Source: Candidatus Muproteobacteria bacterium
GTDB lineage: Bacteria; Pseudomonadota; Gammaproteobacteria; Acidiferrobacterales; SPGG2
Assembly (NCBI GenBank): GCA_003251795.1
Contig: QKEI01000117.1
Span: forward strand, 4,738-68,737
Reading direction: 5' to 3'
DNA length: 64,000 bases
The notes beneath the pieces were generated by a model. It saw only the letters and a program-made list of their open reading frames with translations. It was not told the DNA's origin and made no database searches. Made by a program: the position numbers and the translations under genes. Shown in pieces: positions 50,994-62,860 of this stretch (positions within the stretch are counted from its first letter, which is position 1; every line of letters begins with the position of its first letter).

Positions 50994-51926
50994 ATGCATC
51001 GCCCTGTCTTAGTCGAGGAGGTGATGGAGGCATTGAAGGTCCGGGCCGACGGGATCTATGTCGATGCCACATGCGGATCGGGAGGTCATACCGCCGAGAT
51101 TCTACGGCGACTTGGTCCGCGCGGGCGCTTGTTGGCACTTGATCGCGATCCACGGGCAGTCGCGGCGGCAAAAGCGCGCTTTGCCGGTGATGGGCGTGTC
51201 GTCGTAACAAAAGCGCGTTTTTCCATGCTGCAGGGTTGCGTTGATGGTCAGAAATTAAACAGGCGTGTGGACGGCATCTTGTTCGACCTCGGCATATCCT
51301 CGGTTCAACTCGACGACGGTGAGCGCGGTTTCAGCTTTCAATACGATGGTCCTCTCGATATGCGCATGGATTGTGAGGTCGGCGTGTCTGCCGCAGCCTT
51401 CCTGGGCAAGGCCTCTGAGCGCGAGATCGCGGCAGTGTTGCAAGATCTTGGAGAGGAGCGCTACGCGAGACGCATTGCCCGTGCCATCGTTGCCGAGCGC
51501 GTGCGCCAGCCAATTGAAACGACATCACAGCTCGCGCAACTTGTACGCAAGGCCGTACCCACACGTGAACGCAGCAAGAACCCCGCCACGCGCACCTTTC
51601 TCGCCCTGCGATTGCTGGTCAATGAGGAGCTCGACGAGCTGCGTGCGGGTTTGCAACAGGCCCTGCAGGCATTGGCACCCGGCGGACGTCTGGCCGTCAT
51701 CAGCTTTCACTCGCTGGAGGATCGAATCGTTAAGCGTTTCATGCGGGCGCAAGCGCGCGGTGAGCCGATGCACGATGGTCTGCCCGTACAAACGCCTAGA
51801 TCACCGCATCAACTGCGGCTCATCGGCAAGGTGATCCGTCCACGTGAAACGGAGATACGAACCAACGCTCGGGCTCGCAGCGCCGTGCTCCGAGTCGCTG
51901 AGCGCACTGAGGTCGAATGTGCGTAG
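50994..51926 (+). CDS. rsmH: 16S rRNA C1402 N4-methyltransferase
   Basis: HRPVL, DATCGSGGH, DLGISS, GPLDMRMD and SFHSLEDR. Start approximate. Confidence 0.98.
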   Translation: MHRPVLVEEVMEALKVRADGIYVDATCGSGGHTAEILRRLGPRGRLLALDRDPRAVAAAKARFAGDGRVVVTKARFSMLQGCVDGQKLNRRVDGILFDLGISSVQLDDGERGFSFQYDGPLDMRMDCEVGVSAAAFLGKASEREIAAVLQDLGEERYARRIARAIVAERVRQPIETTSQLAQLVRKAVPTRERSKNPATRTFLALRLLVNEELDELRAGLQQALQALAPGGRLAVISFHSLEDRIVKRFMRAQARGEPMHDGLPVQTPRSPHQLRLIGKVIRPRETEIRTNARARSAVLRVAERTEVECA

Positions 51927-52197
51927 CACAACCATAGTGTTGGCAGTAGCCGTGTTCTTGACAGCAATTCTGGTGGTGACTCTACGTCATCATGTGCGTC
52001 TTTTGTCTTCCGAGTTGCAAGTGCTACAGGCCGAGCGCGATGCCCTCGACGTCGAATGGGGCAAGCTGCTTCTTGAAGAAGGTGCATGGTCCGAGCACCG
52101 GCGCGTCGAGACAGTTGCGCGTCAACGCCTGCGCATGGCGATTCCCGATTCTAAACAAGTTGTGATCGTTGATCTGCGTGAAAGGGCTGCACCATGA
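51919..52197 (+). CDS. ftsL: Cell division protein FtsL
   Basis: TM helix plus coiled coil, EWGKLLLE and RVETVARQRLRM. GTG start at 51919. Confidence 0.93.
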   Translation: MRSTTIVLAVAVFLTAILVVTLRHHVRLLSSELQVLQAERDALDVEWGKLLLEEGAWSEHRRVETVARQRLRMAIPDSKQVVIVDLRERAAP

Positions 52198-53912
52198 CAC
52201 GTAACGCCCGACGCAATCGGGGCATATTGCGCTATTGGATGGTACTAGGTGTATTGATGACGGCGTTCGCTTCACTGGCAATGCGCGCGGTGTACCTGCA
52301 AACGCTGAGCTCAAATTACCTGCAGCGCCAAGGCGATGCACGTTACCTGCGCACCGTCACAGACAACGCCCACCGTGGCATGATCCTCGATCGCAACGGC
52401 GAGCCCTTCGCAGTTAGCACCCCAGTAGAATCGGTTTGGGCACACCCGGCAACGTTCGCTGAGGTCCGCCGCGAATGGCGCCCGCTGCTTACCCTGCTCG
52501 GTTTAAATGCAACGGAAGTCGCTCGTCAATTACGCAAGCATACCGGGCGCGAGTTCATGTATCTAAAACGACATATCCCACCGGACATTGCAGAACGCGT
52601 AACGGCATTGAACATTCCCGGTGTCTACCTGCAACGCGAATACCGCCGTTACTATCCAACAGGGGCGGTGAGTGGTCACGTAATCGGTTTTACTGACATC
52701 GATGACCAAGGGCAGGAGGGTTTGGAGCTGACCTATAATGATCGCCTGCGCGCCACCCAGGGCACACGACGCGTACTTAAGGATCTGCACGGCAACATAG
52801 TAGAAACGGTAGAGATCGTTTCTCTGCCGGTCCCCGGACGCGACCTCGTCATTAGCATCGACAAACGCATTCAGTACCTGACTTATCGTGAGCTCAAATC
52901 GGCCATGCAGAGATACGGTGCCCATGCGGCAACGGCCGTCGTGCTGGACGCACAATCCGGGGAAGTGTTGGCGTTAGTCAATCAGCCAGCTTTCAATCCT
53001 AACAATCGTACGAATTTGCGCAGCACACTGTTTCGCAACCGAGCAGTCACGGACGTTTTCGAGCCCGGTTCTACCATGAAACCGTTCACGATCGCGGTAG
53101 CACTAGAGAGCGGACTGTTTGGCTACGACAGCAAGATCGACACTACACCTGGGCGTTTCCAGGTCGGCTCAAAGATCATTCATGACGCGCGCAATTATGG
53201 TTTGCTGAGCCTTGGCCAAGTGATCGAGAAGTCGAGCAACGTAGGCGCTGCCAGGATCGCTATGGCTTTGGACAAGGAGCGCATGTGGAGCATGTTCCGC
53301 AATGTCGGTTTCGGCGAGACCACCGGTAGCCAGCTACCGGCAGAGTCGGCGGGTCTGCTCAACCTGCCGTCGCGCTGGGTGCCGATGGATCAGGCGCACG
53401 TGGCGTTCGGTTACGGTATTTCGGTGACGGCGCTGCAGCTCGCGCGCGCCTATACAGCGCTCGCTAATGACGGCGTCGTCATGCCGCTAACGCTGCTACG
53501 TCGCGATCACGCGGTACACGGTTTACGCGTGATGTCGGCCGTTACCGCAAGACACATTCGCGACATGCTCGAGCTCGCGGTGAGCGAGGCCGGCACCGGG
53601 ACCGAGGCACAGGTGCAGCATTATCGAGTCGCCGGCAAGACCGGCACGGTGCACAAACTCGTTGCCGGCGACTATGCCGAAGACCGCTATATCGCCTCCT
53701 TCGCCGGCATGGCGCCTGCCTCACGCCCGCGATTGGTGATGGTCGTGACCATGGATGAGCCGAGCGAAGGCGCCCATTTCGGCGGACAGGTGGCCGCACC
53801 AGTGTTTAGTGGCGTAATGAGCGGAGCGTTGCGCTTGCTCAACGTTCCCCCGGACACCCCCACAGAGCGGTTTCAGTGGGCCGCGCCTGCAGACGGACGA
53901 TCACCGACGTGA
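52194..53912 (+). CDS. ftsI: PBP3 transpeptidase
   Basis: RGMILDRNG, STMK (SxxK), SSN and KTG. Confidence 0.98.
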   Translation: MTRNARRNRGILRYWMVLGVLMTAFASLAMRAVYLQTLSSNYLQRQGDARYLRTVTDNAHRGMILDRNGEPFAVSTPVESVWAHPATFAEVRREWRPLLTLLGLNATEVARQLRKHTGREFMYLKRHIPPDIAERVTALNIPGVYLQREYRRYYPTGAVSGHVIGFTDIDDQGQEGLELTYNDRLRATQGTRRVLKDLHGNIVETVEIVSLPVPGRDLVISIDKRIQYLTYRELKSAMQRYGAHAATAVVLDAQSGEVLALVNQPAFNPNNRTNLRSTLFRNRAVTDVFEPGSTMKPFTIAVALESGLFGYDSKIDTTPGRFQVGSKIIHDARNYGLLSLGQVIEKSSNVGAARIAMALDKERMWSMFRNVGFGETTGSQLPAESAGLLNLPSRWVPMDQAHVAFGYGISVTALQLARAYTALANDGVVMPLTLLRRDHAVHGLRVMSAVTARHIRDMLELAVSEAGTGTEAQVQHYRVAGKTGTVHKLVAGDYAEDRYIASFAGMAPASRPRLVMVVTMDEPSEGAHFGGQVAAPVFSGVMSGALRLLNVPPDTPTERFQWAAPADGRSPT

Positions 53913-55396
53913 TGCCGGGTGCAAAAATAAAGAGGATCGCACCACAACGGATCAGTGAACTGCTGCGGGGCTTAGTGCCGGTGTCGTCTGATCAGGATCG
54001 TGACGTGCGCGGGCTAACACTCGACAGTCGCGAGGTTGAGCCCGGCGACCTTTTTATTGCCATACCGGGAAACGCCGCGGACGGGCGTAAGTTCGTACAA
54101 GATGCCGTTGGTCGCGGTGCGGCCGCTGTGCTTTGCGAGAATGGTGAGTACCAGTTCCCGCGCCTAGCAGTCCCGATATTGCGCGTGCCTAATTTGCGTC
54201 CGCTAGTGGGTATAGTCGCTGATCGTTTTTTCGGCGCGCCGTCGAAACGCCTCATCGTGATTGGCGTGACCGGTACCAACGGCAAAACCACCTGCGCCCA
54301 TCTGCTAGCGCAGGTGCTCGATGTGGTACCGACACGATGTGCGCTGATCGGCACGTTGGGTAGCGGTTTTCCGCATGCGCTCGATACCACAGCGCTTACC
54401 ACGCCCGACGCAGTGACTGTACACCGATTGCTCGCGCAGTTCTTACAGGCAGGCGCGACTCACGTGAGCATGGAGGTGTCCTCGCATGCGCTCGCGCAGG
54501 CGCGCACGACCGCAGTGGCCTTCGATATCGCCATTTTTACCAACCTGTCGCGCGACCATTTGGATTATCACGTCGATATGGAGAGCTACGGGCTCGCCAA
54601 GACCCGTTTGTTCGAGATTGAAAGCTTGAAGACAGCAATCATCAATCGCGACGATCCTTTTGGACGCACCCTCGCCGAGCGTGTGCGCAGCAGGATCGAG
54701 ACCATCACCTACGGCATTGATGAGGGCGAGGTTCATGCGCGCGAGCTGCATGCACGCCACGATGGCTTAGAGTTCGAGGCAGTGACGCCGCAGGGGGCAG
54801 TCAAGCTGCGCTGTCCGCTCTACGGACGCTTTAATGCCAGTAACCTGCTCGCTGTGCTGGCGGCGTTGCTTGCCTGCGGTGTCGAGCTGGAGGCGGCGGT
54901 AGCACGCTTGAGCCAGGTAAAGCCCGTGCTTGGGCGCACCGAACGCTTCGGTGGGAAAGCCGGTACCCCCCTGGTAGTCGTGGACTATGCCCATACGCCC
55001 GATGCGTTGGAGCAAGTGCTGCGCGCATTACGCGAGCATGTACAAGCACGCTTATTTTGCGTGTTCGGTTGTGGCGGAGAGCGCGATCGTGGCAAACGCC
55101 CGCAAATGGGTCGCGTGGCCGAGCAGCTGGCGGATGTGGTGGTGCTGACCGATGACAATCCGCGAAATGAACCCGGCGATCAGATCATCGCCGATATCAT
55201 CGCCGGTATGCACTCACGTGCACGCGTGATGCGCGATCGCGGCGAGGCATTGCGCACTGTGATCGCCGAGGCGGGCCAAGATGATGTGGTGCTCATCGCC
55301 GGTAAGGGTCACGAGGAGTATCAGCACCTGGGTGATAGGCAACTGCCGTACAGCGATCGCGAGATGGTACGCACAATTCTGGGGGAAGCTGCGTGA
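53909..55396 (+). CDS. murE: UDP-MurNAc-tripeptide synthetase (mDAP)
   Basis: GTNGKTT, MEVSSH, DYAHTPDA, DNPR and AGKGHE. Confidence 0.98.
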   Translation: MMPGAKIKRIAPQRISELLRGLVPVSSDQDRDVRGLTLDSREVEPGDLFIAIPGNAADGRKFVQDAVGRGAAAVLCENGEYQFPRLAVPILRVPNLRPLVGIVADRFFGAPSKRLIVIGVTGTNGKTTCAHLLAQVLDVVPTRCALIGTLGSGFPHALDTTALTTPDAVTVHRLLAQFLQAGATHVSMEVSSHALAQARTTAVAFDIAIFTNLSRDHLDYHVDMESYGLAKTRLFEIESLKTAIINRDDPFGRTLAERVRSRIETITYGIDEGEVHARELHARHDGLEFEAVTPQGAVKLRCPLYGRFNASNLLAVLAALLACGVELEAAVARLSQVKPVLGRTERFGGKAGTPLVVVDYAHTPDALEQVLRALREHVQARLFCVFGCGGERDRGKRPQMGRVAEQLADVVVLTDDNPRNEPGDQIIADIIAGMHSRARVMRDRGEALRTVIAEAGQDDVVLIAGKGHEEYQHLGDRQLPYSDREMVRTILGEAA

Positions 55397-56751
55397 TGTC
55401 ACTTGCTAATGCCGCACAAGTAGTGAGTGGGTCACTGATCGGCACCGACGCCAGGTTTGTTGGCGTTAGCAGCGACACGCGCACGCTGCGACGGGAAGAG
55501 TTGTTCTTTGCCCTTCAGGGGCCAAACCACGACGGCCACGAGTTCGTGGTTGAGGCCGCGCAGCGCGGCGCAGCAGGGGCCGTGCTTGCACGTACTGTGC
55601 AGACCTCGTTGCCGTGTATCAAGGTAAGGGATACGCGCCTTGCACTGGGCACGTTGGCGACGTACTGGCGCTCACAGTTCAACATTCCCGTGCTCGCTGT
55701 TACCGGCAGCAACGGAAAAACCACGGTAAAAGAGATGATCGCAGCCATCATGACGCAAACCACACGCGGCTGCATAACGTTAGGTAACTTGAACAACGAT
55801 ATAGGCGTGCCGCTGACATTGTTACGGTTACGCGCAGATGACCGCTATGCCGTAGTCGAGCTCGGTATGAATCAACGCGGTGAGATCGCCTATCTCGGAC
55901 ATATCGCCCGGCCCACTATAGCAGTTATCACCAATGCCGCCGCCGCCCATCTCGCCGGCGTCGGCACAGTCGAAGATGTGGCGCGCGAGAAGGGAACGTT
56001 GTTCGCTGCCCTCGACCCTGAGGGCACCGCTGTGATCAATGCTGACGACCCGCACGCCGGACTCTGGCGCAAACTCGCCGGACACAGGCGTTGCCTGACT
56101 TTTGCCTTGCATGAACGCGCTGATGTCGTCGCCGACTATGAGACAAACCGTACAGGAAGTTCGATCCTCATCAAGACCGCACAGGGAGACATAGACATGC
56201 GACTGCCTTTACCCGGTGTACACAACGTCAGTAATGCTCTGGCCGCCACGGCTACCACACTGGCCGCCGGTGTCGATCTGGCACGGGTCAAGTCCGGACT
56301 GGAAAAACTGCGCGCCGTTGCCGGCCGTCTGGAGCTAAAGGCGGGCGCCAACGGTGCGGTCATTATCGATGATACGTATAACGCCAACCCGGCTTCGCTC
56401 GCAGCTGGCATCGCCGTGCTCAAGGATTATCCAGGCGAGACTGTGCTGGTGCTCGGTGACATGGCAGAACTGGGCGAGGCGGCACCCGAGATTCATCGCC
56501 ACGCCGGCAAGTTGGCAAAGGACCTAGGTGTCCGTTGGCTGTTCGGACTTGGTGAGCTAAGCCGCCTCGCAGTCGAGAGCTTTGGTAAGGGAGCCAAGCA
56601 TTTTCCAAGCCGGCAGGCGCTGATCGAAGACTTGCTTGAGCGTTTGGATGCGGACACCACGGTGTTGGTGAAGGGCTCGCGCGTCATGCATTTGGAAAAA
56701 GTGGTGCAAGCGATCGTCGATCCCCAGCCGGCCGATGCGCGTAACCGGTGA
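55393..56751 (+). CDS. murF: UDP-MurNAc-pentapeptide synthetase
   Basis: TGSNGKTT, NNDIGVP, DTYNANP and VKGSR. Confidence 0.98.
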   Translation: MMSLANAAQVVSGSLIGTDARFVGVSSDTRTLRREELFFALQGPNHDGHEFVVEAAQRGAAGAVLARTVQTSLPCIKVRDTRLALGTLATYWRSQFNIPVLAVTGSNGKTTVKEMIAAIMTQTTRGCITLGNLNNDIGVPLTLLRLRADDRYAVVELGMNQRGEIAYLGHIARPTIAVITNAAAAHLAGVGTVEDVAREKGTLFAALDPEGTAVINADDPHAGLWRKLAGHRRCLTFALHERADVVADYETNRTGSSILIKTAQGDIDMRLPLPGVHNVSNALAATATTLAAGVDLARVKSGLEKLRAVAGRLELKAGANGAVIIDDTYNANPASLAAGIAVLKDYPGETVLVLGDMAELGEAAPEIHRHAGKLAKDLGVRWLFGLGELSRLAVESFGKGAKHFPSRQALIEDLLERLDADTTVLVKGSRVMHLEKVVQAIVDPQPADARNR

Positions 56752-56775
56752 AACAGGAGCAAATGGAAAAAGCCG

Positions 56776-57858
56776 ATGCTGTTTTATCTGTTTGAGCAGC
56801 TGACTCGCGAGTTTAGTTTTTTCAACGTCTTCCGCTACTTGACGTTTCGCGGAATCCTTGGCGTGCTCACGGCCTTGCTTGTTTGTTTCATCGCCGGCCC
56901 GATAATGATTCGCCGTCTCGGTTACCGGCAGATCCATCAGACCGTACGTGTCGATGGACCCGAGACGCACTTTTCCAAGGCCGGCACCCCCACCATGGGA
57001 GGCGCTGTCATCCTGGTGGCTGTGCTATTCGCGACCCTGTTGTGGGCGGATCTAACAAATCGCTTTGTCTGGGTGGTGCTGTTCACCACGCTTTCCTTCG
57101 GCGTGATCGGCTGGATCGATGATTACAAGAAATTGGTCAACAAGGACCCGCGGGGCCTAGGCGCGCGCAACAAGTTCCTGTTGCAAACGGTAGCCGGGTT
57201 GGCGGTCTCGCTGTTTCTTTATTACAGCGCCAAAGCGCCAATCGAGACGGCTTTGATCGTGCCATTTTTCAAACACGTAGCGCTTAATCTTGGCCCCTGG
57301 TTCATACCGCTTGCCTATCTGGTGATTGTCGGTTCAAGCAATGCCGTAAACCTCACCGATGGGCTCGATGGCCTGGCGATCATGCCTGCGGCCATGGTGG
57401 CTGGCGCACTTGGTATTTTCGCTTACGTCACCGGAAATTTTCAGTTTGCCAGCTATCTCGGTATTCCTTACGTCTCCGGCGTCGGCGAGGTGCTGATCTT
57501 CTGTGCCGCCTTGGTGGGCGCTGGGCTGGGTTTTCTCTGGTTCAACACCTACCCGGCTCAGGTTTTCATGGGCGATGTAGGCGCATTAGCGCTCGGTGCG
57601 GCGCTCGGTACCATCGCCGTGGTGGTGCGCCAAGAGATCGTGTTGTTCGTCATGGGCGGGGTTTTCGTTATAGAGACGCTATCGGTGGTGTTGCAGGTGG
57701 CGTCGTATAAGCTCATGGGTCGGCGCATCTTCCGCATGGCGCCGTTACATCACCATTTCGAGCTGAAGGGTTGGCCGGAACCGCGTGTGATCGTTCGTTT
57801 TTGGATCATTACTGTCATTCTGGTGTTGTTTGGCCTGGCGACATTGAAGATCCGTTGA
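56776..57858 (+). CDS. mraY: Phospho-MurNAc-pentapeptide transferase
   Basis: [26 protein letters not shown] and APLHHHFE. Confidence 0.99.
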   Translation: MLFYLFEQLTREFSFFNVFRYLTFRGILGVLTALLVCFIAGPIMIRRLGYRQIHQTVRVDGPETHFSKAGTPTMGGAVILVAVLFATLLWADLTNRFVWVVLFTTLSFGVIGWIDDYKKLVNKDPRGLGARNKFLLQTVAGLAVSLFLYYSAKAPIETALIVPFFKHVALNLGPWFIPLAYLVIVGSSNAVNLTDGLDGLAIMPAAMVAGALGIFAYVTGNFQFASYLGIPYVSGVGEVLIFCAALVGAGLGFLWFNTYPAQVFMGDVGALALGAALGTIAVVVRQEIVLFVMGGVFVIETLSVVLQVASYKLMGRRIFRMAPLHHHFELKGWPEPRVIVRFWIITVILVLFGLATLKIR

Positions 57859-59231
57859 TGATACGGGCATTGGCGATGACACAGAACGAACCGCAACGTG
57901 CGCTGGTGGTTGGTCTCGGGCTCACGGGTCTTTCCTGTGTCCGTTATCTGCTCCGTTGCGGCTACAAAGTCTCGGTGGTCGACAGTCGCGAGCAGCCACC
58001 CATGTTGGCGGCGTTGCCTGCGAACGACGATCTCGTGGTATGCCATACCGGCGGCTGGGACCCGGCTCTATTTCGTAACCCGGGATTGCTGGTGGTCAGC
58101 CCGGGGGTGTCATTGCGCGAGCCCGCGATCGCGCGCGCTATCGCGGACGGCACAAGTGTGATCGGCGACATCGAGCTATTCGCGCGCGCCGCGTCGGCAC
58201 CGGTGGTGGCGGTAACGGGAGCCAATGGCAAGAGTACCGTCACCGCGCTGCTAGGCGTCATGTGTCGCGAGGCCGGACTTGACGTGCGCATCGGCGGCAA
58301 CATCGGCGTGCCGGCCCTGTCATTGTTGGATGAGGCACCGCCGAAGCTCTACGTGCTCGAGCTCTCCAGCTTCCAACTGGAAACAACCTACAGCCTCAAC
58401 GCGCACGCCGCCACTGTCCTCAATGTCAGTCGTGATCATATGGACCGTTATGAAAGCCTTGCGGCCTACGCTGCGGCGAAAGCGCGCATCTTCCGAGGCG
58501 ATGGTGTCATGGTGCTCAATGCCGATGATGCCACGGTCATGGCCATGGCGCGGCCTGATCGTCGCGTAGTGCGCTTCGGCTTGAATGTCCCCTCAAGCCC
58601 GGATGATTTTGGTCTGATCAACAAGAATGACGTTACCTGGCTCGGCAAGGGCAGCGAGGCATGGGTAGCAGCGGCGAATGTGCGTCTGCAAGGGCGCCAC
58701 AACCTCGCTAACGCGCTGGCGGCGATGGCGCTGGCCGACATTGTGGACGTTGCGCCTGATGCCATGCAGCGCGCGCTCTGTGACTTCGCCGGCTTACCGC
58801 ACCGCTGTCAAGTGGTGGCGCACCGCGGCGATGTGCTCTGGGTCAACGACTCCAAGGCCACCAACGTGGGCGCGACGCTCGCGGCACTGACGGGTCAGAC
58901 GCGCCCAGTCGTGTTGATTGCCGGTGGCGAGGGTAAAGGCGCGGATTTCAGCGTGTGGCGACAGGCGCTAGCGAGCAGGGTACGCATGCTGGTGCTCATT
59001 GGACGCGACGCGCCATTGATCGAGCGCGCGCTCGATCATGTGGTTTCGGTGGTTCATGCGAGCGATATGCAAGAGGCGGTGGCATGTGCGCACAAGCTAG
59101 CTCATGCCGGCGACACTGTGTTGCTTTCACCGGGTTGCGCCAGCTTCGACATGTTTCGCAACTATGAGCATCGCGGTGAGGTGTTTACCGCAGCCGTACA
59201 GGCGCTCGTGTCCAGGGAGGCGACATCATGA
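57858..59231 (+). CDS. murD: UDP-MurNAc-L-Ala:D-Glu ligase
   Basis: GLGLTG, TGANGKST, ELSSFQL, NDSKATN and SPGCASFD. Confidence 0.98.
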   Translation: MIRALAMTQNEPQRALVVGLGLTGLSCVRYLLRCGYKVSVVDSREQPPMLAALPANDDLVVCHTGGWDPALFRNPGLLVVSPGVSLREPAIARAIADGTSVIGDIELFARAASAPVVAVTGANGKSTVTALLGVMCREAGLDVRIGGNIGVPALSLLDEAPPKLYVLELSSFQLETTYSLNAHAATVLNVSRDHMDRYESLAAYAAAKARIFRGDGVMVLNADDATVMAMARPDRRVVRFGLNVPSSPDDFGLINKNDVTWLGKGSEAWVAAANVRLQGRHNLANALAAMALADIVDVAPDAMQRALCDFAGLPHRCQVVAHRGDVLWVNDSKATNVGATLAALTGQTRPVVLIAGGEGKGADFSVWRQALASRVRMLVLIGRDAPLIERALDHVVSVVHASDMQEAVACAHKLAHAGDTVLLSPGCASFDMFRNYEHRGEVFTAAVQALVSREATS

Positions 59232-60397
59232 CGCAGTCCGCTGCCGTTATCGCAGACAAACGCCGTATCGCCGGCACGCCGCGGCCACGCTGGGACCCTT
59301 GGCTGCTCGGATGTGTGGCTGCACTGGTTGGACTTGGTCTGGTAATGGTGTATTCGGCATCGGTGTCATCGGCCGAGCGCACTTTTGACAATGGTTTCTA
59401 CTATTTCGCGCGACAGCTCGGATCGGTAGTTGTGGGTTCGATCCTCATGTACCTGGTGATGCACACGCCACTGCGATTGTGGGAGCGTACCGGCCCCTAT
59501 CTTTTGCTGCTTGGGCTAATGCTGTTGGTGCTCGTGCTGGTTCCCGGGATCGGCGTCAATGTCAACGGAAGCTCGCGCTGGATCAGGCTCGGCATAGTCA
59601 ATCTGCAACCGTCCGAGCTTATCAAGCTATTTCTGGTTGTATATGTCGCTGGCTATTTTGTGCGCAAGCAGGAAGAGCTGCAAAACTTCACGCATGGTAT
59701 TGCCATCATCGGCTTGGTCCTTATGGCGGCCGGCATACTACTGCTGCAAGAGCCGGATCTCGGTGCGGTGGTCGTTATCACGACGACGGTGCTTGGCATG
59801 CTGTTCCTCGCTGGCGTGCGTTTATGGCACTTCGGCGTCATGACACTCACGGGCGCCGGTGTGGTCGCGCTACTTACCGTGCTTGCGCCTTATCGGTTGC
59901 AGCGCGTTGTGGCTTTTCTCGATCCTTGGGCGGATCCGTTCAACACAGGCTTTCAATTGGTACAGGCGTTGATCGCGTTCGGCCGTGGCGAATGGGTAGG
60001 GGTGGGCCTTGGGGCCAGCGTGCAGAAGCTTTATTACCTGCCGGCGGCACATACCGATTTTTTGTTTGCCGTGACCGCCGAGGAGCTCGGGCTACTCGGT
60101 GTTTTGAGCGTGATGATGCTGTTTGCGGTATTAGTGGCGCGAGGCTTCACCATCTCGCGCCGGGCGCAGGATGCCGGATTGCTTTATGCGGCACGGTTGG
60201 CGCAGGGCATCGCGCTACTGCTCGGCGTGCAAGCGGCGATCAGCATGGGTGTCAACATGGGCGTGCTGCCGACCAAGGGGTTGACGCTACCGTTCATGAG
60301 TTACGGCGGCAGCAGCATGCTCGTGAACCTGATGAGTATGGGGTTGCTACTTCTGATAGAGCGTGAAACACGCAAGGACGCTTGGGGTGTGCATTGA
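59228..60397 (+). CDS. ftsW: SEDS glycosyltransferase FtsW
   Basis: MVYSAS, QPSELIK, EPDLG, HTDF and LPTKGLTLPFMSYGGSS. Confidence 0.98.
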   Translation: MTQSAAVIADKRRIAGTPRPRWDPWLLGCVAALVGLGLVMVYSASVSSAERTFDNGFYYFARQLGSVVVGSILMYLVMHTPLRLWERTGPYLLLLGLMLLVLVLVPGIGVNVNGSSRWIRLGIVNLQPSELIKLFLVVYVAGYFVRKQEELQNFTHGIAIIGLVLMAAGILLLQEPDLGAVVVITTTVLGMLFLAGVRLWHFGVMTLTGAGVVALLTVLAPYRLQRVVAFLDPWADPFNTGFQLVQALIAFGRGEWVGVGLGASVQKLYYLPAAHTDFLFAVTAEELGLLGVLSVMMLFAVLVARGFTISRRAQDAGLLYAARLAQGIALLLGVQAAISMGVNMGVLPTKGLTLPFMSYGGSSMLVNLMSMGLLLLIERETRKDAWGVH

Positions 60398-61467
60398 GCA
60401 AGATGATGGTCATTGCCGGTGGAACAGGCGGTCATGTGTTTCCGGGACTGGCCGTGGCTGAATATCTGCGGCGGCACGGCGTAGAGGTGGTGTGGATGGG
60501 AACACGCGCGGGTTTGGAGGCGGGTGTTGTACCAGCCGCCGGTTTTGCTATCGAGTGGGTGTCCGTGCGAGGAGTGCGTCGCCGCGGGGTGCTTGCGTGG
60601 CTATTGTTGCCAGTCACGCTGATCACCGCCATGGCGCAGGCTTTGCGTATCATGCTGCGCCAGCGGCCAGACGCGGTACTAGCGATGGGCGGGTTCGTCG
60701 CCGGCCCTGGCGGGCTTGTTACGTGGCTGTTGCGCAAACCGTTACTGATCCACGAGCAGAACGCTATACCCGGTTTGACCAATCGTTGGTTATCTTTGCT
60801 TGCCGGCGATGTGTTGACCGGTTTTCCGAGCACCTTCCGTAATATTCCCAGTGCCAAACACGTCGGCAACCCGGTTCGTCGTGAGATCGCGGCGTTGCCG
60901 CCGCCGTCAGACGATGGTGCCCGCAAAGGTTCGTTGTGCCTGCTTGTGCTTGGCGGTAGCCAGGGTGCGCAGGTGTTCAACACAACCGTCCCCGAGGCGC
61001 TGCGTGCTTGGAGAGTCAACGACCATACCGAGGTCTGGCATCAGTGCGGAAATAAGTGGCTCGAGGTGACGCGCGCGGCCTACAACGGCTCACCGGTTCT
61101 CGCCCGTGTCAATGCGTTTATCGACGACATGGCGTCGGCCTATCGCTGGGCGGATCTGGTTATTTGTCGAGCCGGAGCCATGACTATCGCCGAAATCTGC
61201 GCGGCGGGCCGTGCTGCCATCCTAGTTCCCTATCCGCATGCAGTGGACGAGCACCAGCACGCCAACGCCATGTTCCTTGTCGAGCGCGAGGCAGCGATCC
61301 TGCTGCCACAGGAGCAGTTTGTCGCGACCGCACTGCGTGAGATGCTTGAGCGTTTCGCTGCACATCGCCAGCTATTGGTGAAGATGGCGTACAACGCTCG
61401 CCGATGCGCGATGCCGGATGCCGCCGAGACCATCGGCGAGCTGTGTCTGGAGGCGATGCATGCGTAG
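60382..61467 (+). CDS. murG: MurG glycosyltransferase
   Basis: [24 protein letters not shown] and RAGA. Start approximate. Confidence 0.98.
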   Translation: MGCALSKMMVIAGGTGGHVFPGLAVAEYLRRHGVEVVWMGTRAGLEAGVVPAAGFAIEWVSVRGVRRRGVLAWLLLPVTLITAMAQALRIMLRQRPDAVLAMGGFVAGPGGLVTWLLRKPLLIHEQNAIPGLTNRWLSLLAGDVLTGFPSTFRNIPSAKHVGNPVRREIAALPPPSDDGARKGSLCLLVLGGSQGAQVFNTTVPEALRAWRVNDHTEVWHQCGNKWLEVTRAAYNGSPVLARVNAFIDDMASAYRWADLVICRAGAMTIAEICAAGRAAILVPYPHAVDEHQHANAMFLVEREAAILLPQEQFVATALREMLERFAAHRQLLVKMAYNARRCAMPDAAETIGELCLEAMHA

Positions 61468-62860
61468 CTGGGCAAAGCGTATCCATTTTGTGGGCATCGG
61501 CGGCGTCGGCATGAGCGGCATCGCCGAGGTATTGTCCAATCTGGACTTTGTAGTGTCTGGCTCAGATCTGCGTGAAAACAGCAACACGCGCCGGCTGGAG
61601 GCCCTCGGTTTGGCGGTACATATCGGCCATGACCCCGCCCTTGTTAAAGACGTTGATGCTGTTGTGGTCTCCTCGGCCGTCAACGGCAACAACCCGGAGG
61701 TTGTCGCAGCCAAACAGGCCAAGATTCCGGTGATGCCGCGCGCGGAAATGCTGGGTGAGCTCATGCGTTTGCAGCGCGGAATCGCCGTCGCCGGCACCCA
61801 CGGCAAGACCACGACCACGAGCCTTATTGCCAGCGTGCTTGCGCAGGCGGGTCTTGACCCGACGTTCGTCATTGGTGGCCAGCTCAACAGTGCCGACAGC
61901 AACGCTAAGTTAGGTCATGGCGATTATCTGGTAGCGGAAGCCGACGAAAGCGACGCTTCATTCTTGTACTTGCAACCCTGCCTGTCGGTAGTAACCAACA
62001 TCGACAACGATCACCTTGGCGCCTACGGCGGAGATTTCTCCCGGCTCAAACACACCTTCGTCGACTTTTTGCACCACCTGCCGTTCTACGGCTTGGCCGT
62101 GTTATGCGTCGATGACCCCAACGTGCGCGACATCGTTGCCAGCGTGCACCGCCCAACAGTGACTTATGGAATACACGCGGGGGCGGACGTGCGCGCACGC
62201 GACATCGAGCAGCGCGGTCGGCAAATGCGTTTTACGATCGAGTTCAAGGGCGCAGAGCAATGGCGTGACGTCGTGCTCAATCAACCAGGGGCGCACAACG
62301 TGCTCAACGCGTGCGCCGCGGTAGCGGTGGCGCGTGAGCTTGGAGTGCCCAAGCAAGCCATTGTCGAGGCGCTCGCTGGCTTCTCCGGTATCGGTCGGCG
62401 CTTTCAACCGACGGGACAGGTGGCGCTTGCCGGCGGTGATGTGATGCTGGTTGATGATTACGGCCATCACCCGCGCGAAATTCAAGCGACGCTGACAGCG
62501 GCGCGCCAAGGCTGGCCCGATCGGCGCCTGGTACTGGTGTTCCAACCGCACCGCTACACGCGTACGCACGATTTGCTGGACGATTTCAGCGCCGTGCTCA
62601 GTGAGGTGGATCCACTCATCGTTACCGAGGTCTACAGCGCCGGCGAAGCGGTTATCAGCGGCGCCGACGGCCGCGGTCTTTGTCGTGCGATCCGCGCCCG
62701 TGGCAAGGCGAATCCGATATTCGTAGAAGATATAGAGACACTGCCCGATGTGCTCGCCACGGTGTTGCGCGCAAACGACCTGCTATTGACGATGGGTGCC
62801 GGCAGCATTGGTCAGGTGGCGGCAACACTGCCACAGGCTCTGGTGCAGAGGTGCAAATGA
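61460..62860 (+). CDS. murC: UDP-MurNAc:L-Ala ligase
   Basis: [37 protein letters not shown] and FQPHRY. Confidence 0.99.
   Translation: MRSWAKRIHFVGIGGVGMSGIAEVLSNLDFVVSGSDLRENSNTRRLEALGLAVHIGHDPALVKDVDAVVVSSAVNGNNPEVVAAKQAKIPVMPRAEMLGELMRLQRGIAVAGTHGKTTTTSLIASVLAQAGLDPTFVIGGQLNSADSNAKLGHGDYLVAEADESDASFLYLQPCLSVVTNIDNDHLGAYGGDFSRLKHTFVDFLHHLPFYGLAVLCVDDPNVRDIVASVHRPTVTYGIHAGADVRARDIEQRGRQMRFTIEFKGAEQWRDVVLNQPGAHNVLNACAAVAVARELGVPKQAIVEALAGFSGIGRRFQPTGQVALAGGDVMLVDDYGHHPREIQATLTAARQGWPDRRLVLVFQPHRYTRTHDLLDDFSAVLSEVDPLIVTEVYSAGEAVISGADGRGLCRAIRARGKANPIFVEDIETLPDVLATVLRANDLLLTMGAGSIGQVAATLPQALVQRCK

Noticed and set aside
59479-60366. 295-aa alternative-frame ORF within ftsW
   Set aside because: Its Arg/Ala/Gly-rich composition is typical of an off-frame reading, and it has no motifs.
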